A stretch of DNA of 24,000 nucleotides from Promethearchaeota archaeon (GTDB lineage: Archaea; Asgardarchaeota; Lokiarchaeia; Sigyniarchaeales; SOKP01): contig JBHLMQ010000022.1 in the NCBI GenBank assembly GCA_048938005.1, forward strand, positions 1-24,000, read 5' to 3'. Position 1 is the first letter of the stretch, and each line of letters begins with the position of its first letter. The notes below the pieces were generated by a model. That model had not been told where the DNA came from and searched no databases. It was given only the letters and a program-made list of their open reading frames with translations. Position numbers and translations under genes: made by a program. Shown piece after piece: positions 12,801 to 21,277 of this stretch.

Positions 12801-14280
12801 AAATAATTATGATATCATGTGCTATGATATTTTCCTTTTTTTCCTTCTTATGTTTAATTATTTTAATGTCATGAAGGTTAATAGTAGTTTTAGGAAATAG
12901 GTTTCCACTATTTAACCTTCCAAATGTTTTTTTCTTCTCATTTGAAAATAGATTGAAATTAAATTTCATTAGATCTTTAGCTTGTTCATTTCTAAATTGC
13001 ATTAACCATGAAAACTCGTCTAAAGTTAGTAATAGCTCATCTAAGAGAGTGACTTTTTCCAATTCAGTTGTAAAATATGTATCGCGTATTTGAATTGGAA
13101 TGGGTCTACCCCACTCTTGTAGTTCATCTATTAGCATTAAGAAAAACGCCAATGGTTGCTCATCAAACAAATAATCTTTAAGATTTGCTTTAAAATTATG
13201 CAAAGCTATGGCTCGTGCTGCTAGAATATATCCAATATATTCATCATTTTTTTTAATTTCTTCTGGTGTTCCAAGTCCCTTCAGTAGAGAAAGTGCAGAA
13301 ATAACTCCATGATCTAATTCTACAGGGCTCTTGTAATTATATTCAGGATGACCATCTGGTTGATTCAAGAAAATTTGAGAATTTTGAGAAGGAAGTTCCT
13401 GAAATTTAAATCCAGCGCCTTCTCTTATTAAAATACGAGCTTCTTTAGAAAGTCCTTCTTCTATAATCGTCAGATATTTTTCTTGCTCACCTTTCCAAGC
13501 TAAATTGATTTCAAAGGGAATAAATTCTAAATCTATAGTAGGATAGCATTTTAGGATTTGGTTAACAAGTGAATAGTTAACAGCGGTTGTCATTTTACCT
13601 AATGGATAACCAATATCATGGAGTAGCCCTACAATCCACCAAAATTTGTCTTTAAGAAGATTTCTGTCTAAGTCTGTTAATTCAGAAATAATTCCTTCTA
13701 AGGAACCTTGACCAAGGTCTTGTTCTAATAAGAAATCTCCTAATACTGCCACACGAAGTGCATGTTCAGTATGATCTCTATAATACTTTTTTACACTTGT
13801 ACTATAAAGAAAAGCTTCTAGGTCTGGTAAAGCACGTATTAAATACAACAATCCCTTTGATTCGATACCTCTTTCTTTAGATACATCATAAAGGGCCGAT
13901 GACAAATTTTTTTTCTTTCCAGTTAGAAAATCCAATCCAGGAATTACGTCTAATTTTTCAATCCCCTGAAGAGATTGTTCAATTCCTTTAGTTATTGGTT
14001 TTTTAACACTTTCAATGATATCCATTGAAAAACTCGAGAATTTTTTCCCAAAACCCCCTAATTTGGCAAATTCTTTTTGGGCTGAAGCTAACTCCTTATC
14101 TAAGTCCTGAAAGGAGATTTTATCTTTTTCTTTTTTAATTTGTTCAAGAACTTCTGGAGGTGCTTCTTCAAGTGATCTTTCGACTGATTCTAACAGATTG
14201 TTTACCCAATTAGAAAAACTATTGCTTTGGGAGGATATCCTGTTTAAGATCCAATCATCATTTATATGGAAATCTGGCAA
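12799..14280 (-). CDS. HD-domain metal-dependent phosphohydrolase with long N- and C-terminal extensions; start uncertain
   Basis: 493-aa ORF. HD signature 'YYRDHTEHALRVAVLGDFLL ... WWIVGLLHDIGYPLGK ... ELDHGVISALSL ... ARAIALHNF'. The track start is a TTG at 14280 and the first in-frame ATG is ~85 codons downstream. The intervening sequence looks protein-like, so the true start is unresolved. Confidence 0.7.
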   Translation of the reverse strand: MPDFHINDDWILNRISSQSNSFSNWVNNLLESVERSLEEAPPEVLEQIKKEKDKISFQDLDKELASAQKEFAKLGGFGKKFSSFSMDIIESVKKPITKGIEQSLQGIEKLDVIPGLDFLTGKKKNLSSALYDVSKERGIESKGLLYLIRALPDLEAFLYSTSVKKYYRDHTEHALRVAVLGDFLLEQDLGQGSLEGIISELTDLDRNLLKDKFWWIVGLLHDIGYPLGKMTTAVNYSLVNQILKCYPTIDLEFIPFEINLAWKGEQEKYLTIIEEGLSKEARILIREGAGFKFQELPSQNSQIFLNQPDGHPEYNYKSPVELDHGVISALSLLKGLGTPEEIKKNDEYIGYILAARAIALHNFKANLKDYLFDEQPLAFFLMLIDELQEWGRPIPIQIRDTYFTTELEKVTLLDELLLTLDEFSWLMQFRNEQAKDLMKFNFNLFSNEKKKTFGRLNSGNLFPKTTINLHDIKIIKHKKEKKENIIAHDIIII

Positions 14281-14541
14281 ATCAATACAACAGAGAGATT
14301 TAATTATTGGTTTAAATCTATTAGCATTTAATTTTTTTACAGTTTTAAATTTACGTTAAAATATGAGAGAGATGAAAAAATTGAACTTCATTAGTTATTA
14401 TCTTAGAATAGGATTTACTACTATAAATTTAAATGCGTGTTAAGTTATGTTAAACCAAATAAAAACACGAATTAGGTTTAAAACTAGAAATTTCTTATTT
14501 TATCTAATTTTTAAAAATACAGCTGAATTCGGAAATTCTCC

Positions 14542-15915
14542 ATGGTTTATTTTGAGATTGATCAGTTAGGATTTAATTGCGGAAAAATTAAAGAGAAATG
14601 TTCAAAGTATCCTAAGTTTTGCATGGATTGTGTTAAAAATAAATTAAAACAACTTGGTTTTGAAATAGATTCTAATTTGAAAGTATTTGAAGTTGATTCT
14701 TATGAACGTCGCCTTCAGATGGAACGCGAATTAATTTGGCGAAAATTTTTAGATGTTCTAAATATAAGACATGTTATAATTATTGATAAGGATTCTGGAT
14801 TAACTCTTTTAAACTATCCTGTATCTGGTGAAGAGATAAACGCAGATTTATTGAGCGGTTTCATTCAAGCAAATATCACCTTTTCTGAATCACATAAAGG
14901 TTCATACAAGAGTTCACCCTCAGCAAGAAATCATAAATTTTATGAATTCCAATACCAAAATTTCAATATACTTTTAAGGAATGGAGAATTCATTCGGCTT
15001 TGTTTAATGCTTGATCATAAAGCTTCTGAAAATATGAGAACTCAAGTTCTCCAATTCATTCCTGAATTTGAAGAAATTTTTAATCAAGAGCTACAAAATT
15101 TTAGAAATGCTGGAATGTTTTATTACAAGAATATGGTTGATTATATCATTGATATACTTGAAATTAAGTTAGTTTTTCCGATGAAATTGGCTCATTCAAT
15201 CACTCCTAAAGATTTAGAAAGTATTAATCAAAATCAACTTCAAAAAGCGATATATAATATTGCTAAGGAATTACTCATTTCAAAATCATTCTTTTTTATT
15301 AATAATCTACTCAACCGAGTGAAAAAAATTGTTAATCTAGATGCAAATGTTATTTTATTTCAGATATATCAGTTAGTAGAGAATAAAACCATTATTCCAA
15401 CAAAGTTAGAAGCAGCTGTAAGTAATATCGAGATGATTCAAGAAGCTAGGGACGAAAAGATTGCTAAATATAAGCCAATTTCTTCTATTATTATAACAGA
15501 TTCAGATTTGGAAAATTTAAAAGAAAAAGTAGAAGATATGGATGAGAGTTCAGCAAATAAGATGATAAAGGAATTGATCAAGAAAGGAAAAGCAGCTGAA
15601 AAGTCTCTGGCGTATCAGGTTGGCGAACATGAATATAAAAAAGCCTTATTTCTAGCAAGGGAATTTAATTTGAAAACAGAAATGGATAGAATTTCAAAAT
15701 TGTTATTAGATTTAGATAAACAAGTTAAACAAATAGAGTTAGATTTTACTTTGAAAGCAGGAGAAAATGCCGAAAAAAGTGGTGATAAGATAAATAGTAT
15801 TCACTATTATCAAAAAGCATTAAAGATACTTGAAAGTTTTTTAATTTATAATATTTCTGATTCTCGAATTAAAAAATTGAAGAAGAAAATTATTAAACTC
15901 CGTGAAGAGATATAA
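14542..15915 (+). CDS. Multidomain protein: Cys4 N-terminus, longin/roadblock-like domain, winged-helix-like segment, C-terminal TPR/MIT-like helical repeats
   Basis: 457 aa.
- N-terminus: 'FNCGKIKEKCSKYPKFCMDCVK' (C-x6-C-x6-C-x2-C).
- Residues ~74-186 (nt ~14761-15099): 'IRHVIIIDKDSGLTLLNYPVSGEEINADLLSGFIQANITFSES...YEFQYQNFNILLRNGEFIRLCLMLDHKASENMRTQVLQFIPEFEEIFNQEL', the same domain pattern as in the 442-aa membrane protein.
- Residues ~338-457 (nt ~15553-15912): two helical repeats, 'GKAAEKSLAYQVGEHEYKKALFLAREFN' and 'LKAGENAEKSGDKINSIHYYQKALKILESFLIYNISDSRIKKLKKKIIKLREEI'. The second resembles a MIT/TPR three-helix unit. Confidence 0.6.
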   Translation: MVYFEIDQLGFNCGKIKEKCSKYPKFCMDCVKNKLKQLGFEIDSNLKVFEVDSYERRLQMERELIWRKFLDVLNIRHVIIIDKDSGLTLLNYPVSGEEINADLLSGFIQANITFSESHKGSYKSSPSARNHKFYEFQYQNFNILLRNGEFIRLCLMLDHKASENMRTQVLQFIPEFEEIFNQELQNFRNAGMFYYKNMVDYIIDILEIKLVFPMKLAHSITPKDLESINQNQLQKAIYNIAKELLISKSFFFINNLLNRVKKIVNLDANVILFQIYQLVENKTIIPTKLEAAVSNIEMIQEARDEKIAKYKPISSIIITDSDLENLKEKVEDMDESSANKMIKELIKKGKAAEKSLAYQVGEHEYKKALFLAREFNLKTEMDRISKLLLDLDKQVKQIELDFTLKAGENAEKSGDKINSIHYYQKALKILESFLIYNISDSRIKKLKKKIIKLREEI

Positions 15916-15924
15916 TCTCTTACA

Positions 15925-17061
15925 CTAGGTTATATCTAACCTCACTACATCATGATGACATACTGTAAGTGAGTTATTGGAAGGAGCGATTAAACTCACA
16001 TTATCTAGTACTTCGACGTACGAAGAAAGAATTACTAAATTTTGGAGGTTTCCTTTTAATTTGACTCCATCATGAATCATACTATTATCGGCGATTATTG
16101 ACCTTTCTATATTTACATTATTTGAAACATAAGCTTCGTTGTAAATTAGGGCATCTTTGATTTCTGTATTTTCGCCAATATAAACATTATTTCCAATAAT
16201 TACATTTGGTCCAATTCGACAATTCTTTCTAATGACAACATGTTCTCCAATAGTTACAGGAGGATATATTATTGCTTTACCTTCGATATCCAAACTATCA
16301 TCAATAAGATTTTCCTGTTTTATTTTTAAGTTTTTCAATATATCATTCATTAATTGAATATTTGCTTCTAATAGCTCTTCAGGTTTACCAATATCTTTCC
16401 AAACACCAGGTATAGAATAATGATATAATTTTTCTTTACTCGCAAGAATAGGAAAAATCTCTCGCTCTATTGAGACTTTTTTTTTTGGTTCAATATATGA
16501 AAGGATTTCTGGCTCTAAAAGATAAACACCCGCATTTATTGGCATCGGAATATGTTTTCCCTCTGGAGGAGTGTATTCAGTTTTTTCAAGAAATTTTAAA
16601 ATTCTATTTGTATCTTCCTCAACAATTAACACACCATACCTTGAAGGATCTGGAACGATTTTGCTAGCAATTACTCCTTTACCCTTGTATGTTTCATGAG
16701 CTTTAACGATTTCTTTAAAATCAAAATTTATTATGACATCTCCATTTAGCATAAAAAAATTTTCATCCTTTAGAAAATCTTCGGCTAATTTTATTGCTCC
16801 AGCTGTTCCTAATGGATACTTCTCATCTGTATATTGAATATTAACTCCAAGTTTCTTCCCATTTCCAAAATAATTTTTCAAAATATCCGACATCACACTA
16901 ACAGCTAAGATTATTTCATTAATCCCAGCGGATTTGAGTAATAGGATTTGTCGTTCGATAACTGGCTTATTGACTACAGGAATCAAAGTCTTAGGAATGG
17001 TACAGGTTAAAGGTCTTAGACGAGTCCCCCACCCTCCAGAAAGTATTATTCCTTTTGTCAT
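15925..17061 (-). CDS. Sugar-1-phosphate nucleotidyltransferase with a C-terminal left-handed beta-helix domain
   Basis: 378 aa. N-terminal 'GIILSGGWGTRLRPLTCTIPKTLIPVVNKPVI' (G-x-G-T-R-x-x-P-x-T motif). C-terminal hexapeptide repeats 'IGPNVIIGNNVYIGENTEIKDALI'. Substrate (Glc-1-P, Man-1-P or GlcN-1-P) cannot be determined from sequence alone. Confidence 0.85.
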   Translation of the reverse strand: MTKGIILSGGWGTRLRPLTCTIPKTLIPVVNKPVIERQILLLKSAGINEIILAVSVMSDILKNYFGNGKKLGVNIQYTDEKYPLGTAGAIKLAEDFLKDENFFMLNGDVIINFDFKEIVKAHETYKGKGVIASKIVPDPSRYGVLIVEEDTNRILKFLEKTEYTPPEGKHIPMPINAGVYLLEPEILSYIEPKKKVSIEREIFPILASKEKLYHYSIPGVWKDIGKPEELLEANIQLMNDILKNLKIKQENLIDDSLDIEGKAIIYPPVTIGEHVVIRKNCRIGPNVIIGNNVYIGENTEIKDALIYNEAYVSNNVNIERSIIADNSMIHDGVKLKGNLQNLVILSSYVEVLDNVSLIAPSNNSLTVCHHDVVRLDIT

Positions 17062-17270
17062 ATTAATAATTTAGTGATTATATAGAAATCTTGTTTCTTA
17101 AGATATTGATAAGGAATTAAAAAAGAAATTAAAATTTATTTAAAAAATATTAAAATTATAAAACTAAATGAAAGCTTTGATTTGATCATATCAAAACTGT
17201 ACGAAATTAAGAAAAAGATTTTTTAAATTTTTAGAGACTCTTCATTTTTTAAAAAAAATAAGAAAAAAAT

Positions 17271-19034
17271 TTATTTTTTATACAGAGGATCCGCTTCTTG
17301 AAGAGTGCGTCTTTCAACTTTTCCCATAACACTTTTAGGAATTTCGTCAATGATATCAATCATAGCCGGACATTTCCATTTGGTCATATTCTTTTCAGTC
17401 CAAGCTATTAATTCTTCGCCAGTGATTTTACCTTTATATTCAGGTTTTAAGGATACCCATGCTTTCGTGATTTCTCCTACTTTTCCAGCAGGATCGGGTA
17501 ATCCTGCAACAGCAGCTTCAGAAACAGCCTCATGGCTCATTAGCATGGTTTCGACCTCAGCTGGAAAGACTGAATGACCGGCAACTTTTATTAATTGCTT
17601 TTTTCTATCTCTTATAGCAATAGTTCCATCATCATTCATAAATCCAATGTCACCTGTTAGGAGCCAAGTTCTACCATCCCAAGTTTTTAAAGTTTCTTTT
17701 GTTTCTTCTGGTTGGTTAAAATAACCTTTCATTACTTGAGGTCCACAAACACATATTTCTCCTGTATGTTCTTCTCCATATTTTGACCCTTTTAAACCAT
17801 CTGCTATTGGCCCTTTCTCAAAATCGTCTATATCAAATATTCCCCAATCAGTGCCAGTAAAAGGCATACCAATTACTCCAACAGGACTCTCACCAAATAG
17901 ATTTCCTGCGCTAACTACAGGACTTGCTTCTGAAAGACCATATCCTTCTACGATTCTCCCACCTGTATTTTTTTGAAATGATTCTTGTACTGGAGCATGT
18001 AATGGTCCAGCACCAGATATACAGAGTCTTAATCTACCCATTAAATTCGGAAATTTCTGTAAATTAGGAAAATCTGCTATTCTTTTAAACAAAATTTCAG
18101 CACCAGCATAAAAAAGACCTTTTTCAGCAGGAATGTGAGTAATTTCCTTTAAAAATTCTTCAGTTTTGGGTGGTCTTGGGAACAACATCATCCAACCTCC
18201 TAAACCAATGGCGACATTCATAATTGCAGTCATAGCGAATGAATGAAATAAGGGTAAAGCCCCAATATCTCCAACTCCTGGATCTTCACCTCCTACCCAT
18301 AAAACACATTGAGTAGCATTTGATACCAAGTTGAAATGTGTTAAAATTGTTGCTTTAGGAACTCCGGTAGTTCCACCTGTCATAATATATGTTGCAGGAT
18401 GTTCAGTTGGATCAAACTCTACTCTTGGAAGATAAGGTTCAGTTTCAAGAAGTTCTAAAAATTTAATAGCTTTTGGAAAATCAACCTTGCCTTTTGGAAG
18501 TATACCAAACAGTTTTCCTATTGATTTCTTCCAACCAGGCAAACCAGAAGCTAAATCAGCTACATTTGTATGGATTACCATCTCAATATTAGTCTTGTTA
18601 ATAATAGGGCGTGCTAATTCACCATATAATGCATCTAAAGTAATTAATACTTTTGCATCTGTTAATCTTAGATGATGTAATACTTCTAATGGTTTATAAG
18701 TTGGATTTACACCTGTTGCAATTGCTCCCAATTTTACAGTCGCATAAAAGCTAATTACATATTGAAAACTATTAGGCATTAAGAATGCTATTACGTCCCC
18801 TTTCTTAATCCCTAATTTATGAAGTGCTGATGCAAATGAATCTATATATTTACCTGCTTCTTCATATGTCATCCAGGAGTCTATAAACCACATCATAGGT
18901 TCATTAGCATATTTTTTTCTTTGTCTTTCGAAAAAATCTCCTAAAGATATATTTTCAAAATCATAGTTCTTGGGTGTTTTTTCAGGCCACCATTTTTTAA
19001 ACCATGCCTTATTCTCTTTTACTTGCCAGCTCAT
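17271..19034 (-). CDS. AMP-forming acyl-CoA synthetase (long/medium-chain fatty acid-CoA ligase-like)
   Basis: 587 aa. AMP-binding motif 'YIMTGGTTGVPKATILTH', 'EGYGLSEASP', 'TGDIGFMNDDGTIAIRDRKKQLIKVAGHSVFPAEVE' and C-terminal 'IPKSVMGKVERR'. Confidence 0.9.
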   Translation of the reverse strand: MSWQVKENKAWFKKWWPEKTPKNYDFENISLGDFFERQRKKYANEPMMWFIDSWMTYEEAGKYIDSFASALHKLGIKKGDVIAFLMPNSFQYVISFYATVKLGAIATGVNPTYKPLEVLHHLRLTDAKVLITLDALYGELARPIINKTNIEMVIHTNVADLASGLPGWKKSIGKLFGILPKGKVDFPKAIKFLELLETEPYLPRVEFDPTEHPATYIMTGGTTGVPKATILTHFNLVSNATQCVLWVGGEDPGVGDIGALPLFHSFAMTAIMNVAIGLGGWMMLFPRPPKTEEFLKEITHIPAEKGLFYAGAEILFKRIADFPNLQKFPNLMGRLRLCISGAGPLHAPVQESFQKNTGGRIVEGYGLSEASPVVSAGNLFGESPVGVIGMPFTGTDWGIFDIDDFEKGPIADGLKGSKYGEEHTGEICVCGPQVMKGYFNQPEETKETLKTWDGRTWLLTGDIGFMNDDGTIAIRDRKKQLIKVAGHSVFPAEVETMLMSHEAVSEAAVAGLPDPAGKVGEITKAWVSLKPEYKGKITGEELIAWTEKNMTKWKCPAMIDIIDEIPKSVMGKVERRTLQEADPLYKK

Positions 19035-19298
19035 AGTTTTTTCACTCTTTTAGTCTAAACTCTTATTAGTTTATAATTTAAATTTTAATATTGGAATATT
19101 AATTTAAATTAGTTTAAATTTATAAAGTTTATATTAAGGAATCATAAAGAAATAACCGAATCTAAAATATATAGAGATTAACCAACAGATGAAAGATTTA
19201 TTATCCTAAAATATAATTCTTATTTTTTTACTCCTAAATAAGAAGTTGATCACTAATTTTTCATATGATTTATATTGATAGAAATCAATTAATATTGG

Positions 19299-19808
19299 GT
19301 GAATCATATTCCGATAGAACTAGGGCAAACTGTAAAATTAGCTGTTAGAAAAGACTTAGTGATTCCGCAGGAATTTACTAAAAAAGCAGCAGAGAGATCT
19401 TATTGCATACTTTATATGGGGAAAGAAGATGGAAAATTTGAATTATGCTATCTGCTTAATAAGATGGGGCTCTCTTTAAAAAGTGTTGAAAATATTATTC
19501 GACATTTTAGAGAAGATCCAAATCTTATAGACGATTTAAGGGATTTTGCTGAAAGGAATGTTGAATTTAATCCGAATATATCTAAAACGTCATACTATGG
19601 AATAAGATATGAGGATTTAAAAGAAAACTATTATTTATTGAAAGGTTATAAAACATACTACGACTCAGGTGCGATTGGTGAAGATGAAGATTATGAAGGA
19701 ACGGACTTCTACATCTTTTTTAACAACAGAATTGGCGACCTTGAAGAGCCAAAGACATTCTTTAACGGTGAACTCATAATCCTCGAGTGCGAATTTGTAG
19801 GATATTGA
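19299..19808 (+). CDS. Hypothetical protein (orphan)
   Basis: 169-aa ORF with a GTG start in the track; the first ATG is ~40 codons in. The composition is protein-like with an acidic C-terminal half. No motif recognised. Confidence 0.45.
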   Translation: MNHIPIELGQTVKLAVRKDLVIPQEFTKKAAERSYCILYMGKEDGKFELCYLLNKMGLSLKSVENIIRHFREDPNLIDDLRDFAERNVEFNPNISKTSYYGIRYEDLKENYYLLKGYKTYYDSGAIGEDEDYEGTDFYIFFNNRIGDLEEPKTFFNGELIILECEFVGY

Positions 19809-19959
19809 ATCATCGAATTGAATTTGAATTTAAATGGAATTTCACATGATTTTGATAGCTTCATTTAATATTAATTATCTTAAAAAATTATAATAAAAAG
19901 AATTAAATGATACAAATAATTCGAACTAATTAGAATTATAAAATAAAAAATTAGAAAAA

Positions 19960-20322
19960 ATGCCTTGTATTCACGGTTTAGATGAAATAAATTGCCCTAC
20001 GTGCCGAATTTTAAAATCCAACGTGCCATTAAAAGGTATTAGTTTAAAAAAGACAATTTTTTTACAAGTTAATAACCTCACTTCTAAAAAAAATAAAGAT
20101 CTGGAAAAAAAATTAATAAATGAGATTACGTCTAAAAAAATGCATTTACAGCCACCAAATTTTATATCCAAACCGGGTATTATAGACGAAATGTCTAATT
20201 TTAAAAATGAATTATTTTTGGAAAGATTCAAAGATCTCGATATAGGTAAAGAAGATCCTTATGGAATTACTAAAAAAACTCCTCTTGAAAGTCCTGAGTG
20301 GAAATTTGAAGAAGAGGATTAA
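19960..20322 (+). CDS. Small hypothetical protein with an N-terminal Cys-knuckle (C-x-H...C-P-x-C)
   Basis: 120-aa ORF beginning 'MPCIHGLDEINCPTCRILK', followed by a Lys-rich low-complexity middle and an acidic tail, 'PEWKFEEED'. Confidence 0.45.
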   Translation: MPCIHGLDEINCPTCRILKSNVPLKGISLKKTIFLQVNNLTSKKNKDLEKKLINEITSKKMHLQPPNFISKPGIIDEMSNFKNELFLERFKDLDIGKEDPYGITKKTPLESPEWKFEEED

Positions 20323-20455
20323 ATGTCTCTTTTTTATTTCTCATAAAACAATCGCATTAATTTATAAATTTTAAGATATAAATATAAAGCATATTATCAT
20401 AATATTAAAATATAAATCCTTTTTTGAAATAATTTAAAGTGGTGAAATAAAAAAA

Positions 20456-21103
20456 ATGACAATGGATATTACTTGGCTTGGTCATGCTGCCTTTAAAATA
20501 AAAACTCCTAGCGGAAGAATTATATACATTGATCCTTATCAGATTAAAAAAGGAGAAGAGAAAGCAGATATAATTGTTTCAACGCATTCTCATGGGGATC
20601 ATTTTGATTCAAGTAGTATACAAAAACTTATGAGGGATGATACGGTTGTCATAGGACCTGAGAGTATTGCTAGTAGCCTGCAAAAGTTCAATGGTACACC
20701 GTTGAAATTAGGACATTCATTTGACTATAAAGATCTTTCTATCGAATTAGTTCCAGCATATAATATTAAGAAGCCAAATCATCCCAAAAGAAATGAATGG
20801 GCGGGGGTTATTGTTAGTGCAGAAGATACAAGTGTATATCATGCTGGAGATACCGAACGAATCCCTGAAATGAAGGATTTAGCAAAGCGAAATATCACAG
20901 TAGCTATGATGCCTTGTGGTGGAACCTATACTATGGATTTTGATGAAGCTACTGATTCAATTATCGATGTTAAACCTAAGATCGCAATTCCAATGCATAA
21001 TTGGGGTAAAGATTTAACTAAATTTAAAAAACTCTTAGAAAAAAAAGACCCTAGCATTAAAGTAGAAATATTAGAAGAAGGTGGAGAACCCCTAAAAATC
21101 TAA
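20456..21103 (+). CDS. Metallo-beta-lactamase-fold metal-dependent hydrolase (UPF0173-like)
   Basis: 215 aa. 'ITWLGHAAFKIKT', 'IIVSTHSHGDHFD' (HxHxDH), 'YHAGDT' and 'IPMHNW', as in the small archaeal/bacterial MBL-fold UPF0173 family. Confidence 0.8.
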   Translation: MTMDITWLGHAAFKIKTPSGRIIYIDPYQIKKGEEKADIIVSTHSHGDHFDSSSIQKLMRDDTVVIGPESIASSLQKFNGTPLKLGHSFDYKDLSIELVPAYNIKKPNHPKRNEWAGVIVSAEDTSVYHAGDTERIPEMKDLAKRNITVAMMPCGGTYTMDFDEATDSIIDVKPKIAIPMHNWGKDLTKFKKLLEKKDPSIKVEILEEGGEPLKI

Positions 21104-21277
21104 ATTTTATTTTTTATTATATTCACTTCTTTTATTCTCTTATTTTTCTAATTCTAACGATAATGATTAATCAATATTTTATTAAGATAAGATTTTAAAC
21201 TATGGATTTTAAAAATATTATATAAAATTCTAAATATCAACAAAATTAGCATAAGATAATGCAAAAAGTGTAGAAAA

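Noticed and set aside
17181-17195. TTTGAT-CAT-ATCAAA inverted repeat between the acyl-CoA synthetase stop and the nucleotidyltransferase start.
   Set aside because: The arms are only 6 bp in AT-rich DNA, so it cannot be distinguished from chance. It may be a trivial hairpin.
19085-19298. Palindrome TTAATATTGGAATATTAA (19085-19102) and a second copy of TTAATATTGG (19289-19298) in the spacer between the acyl-CoA synthetase and the 169-aa ORF. Also ATTGAT-AGAA-ATCAAT (19274-19289).
   Set aside because: By rough reasoning, a repeated 10-mer and an 8-bp-arm palindrome made almost only of A/T are about what chance gives in a ~260-bp spacer of this composition. No regulator gene is adjacent to give them context.
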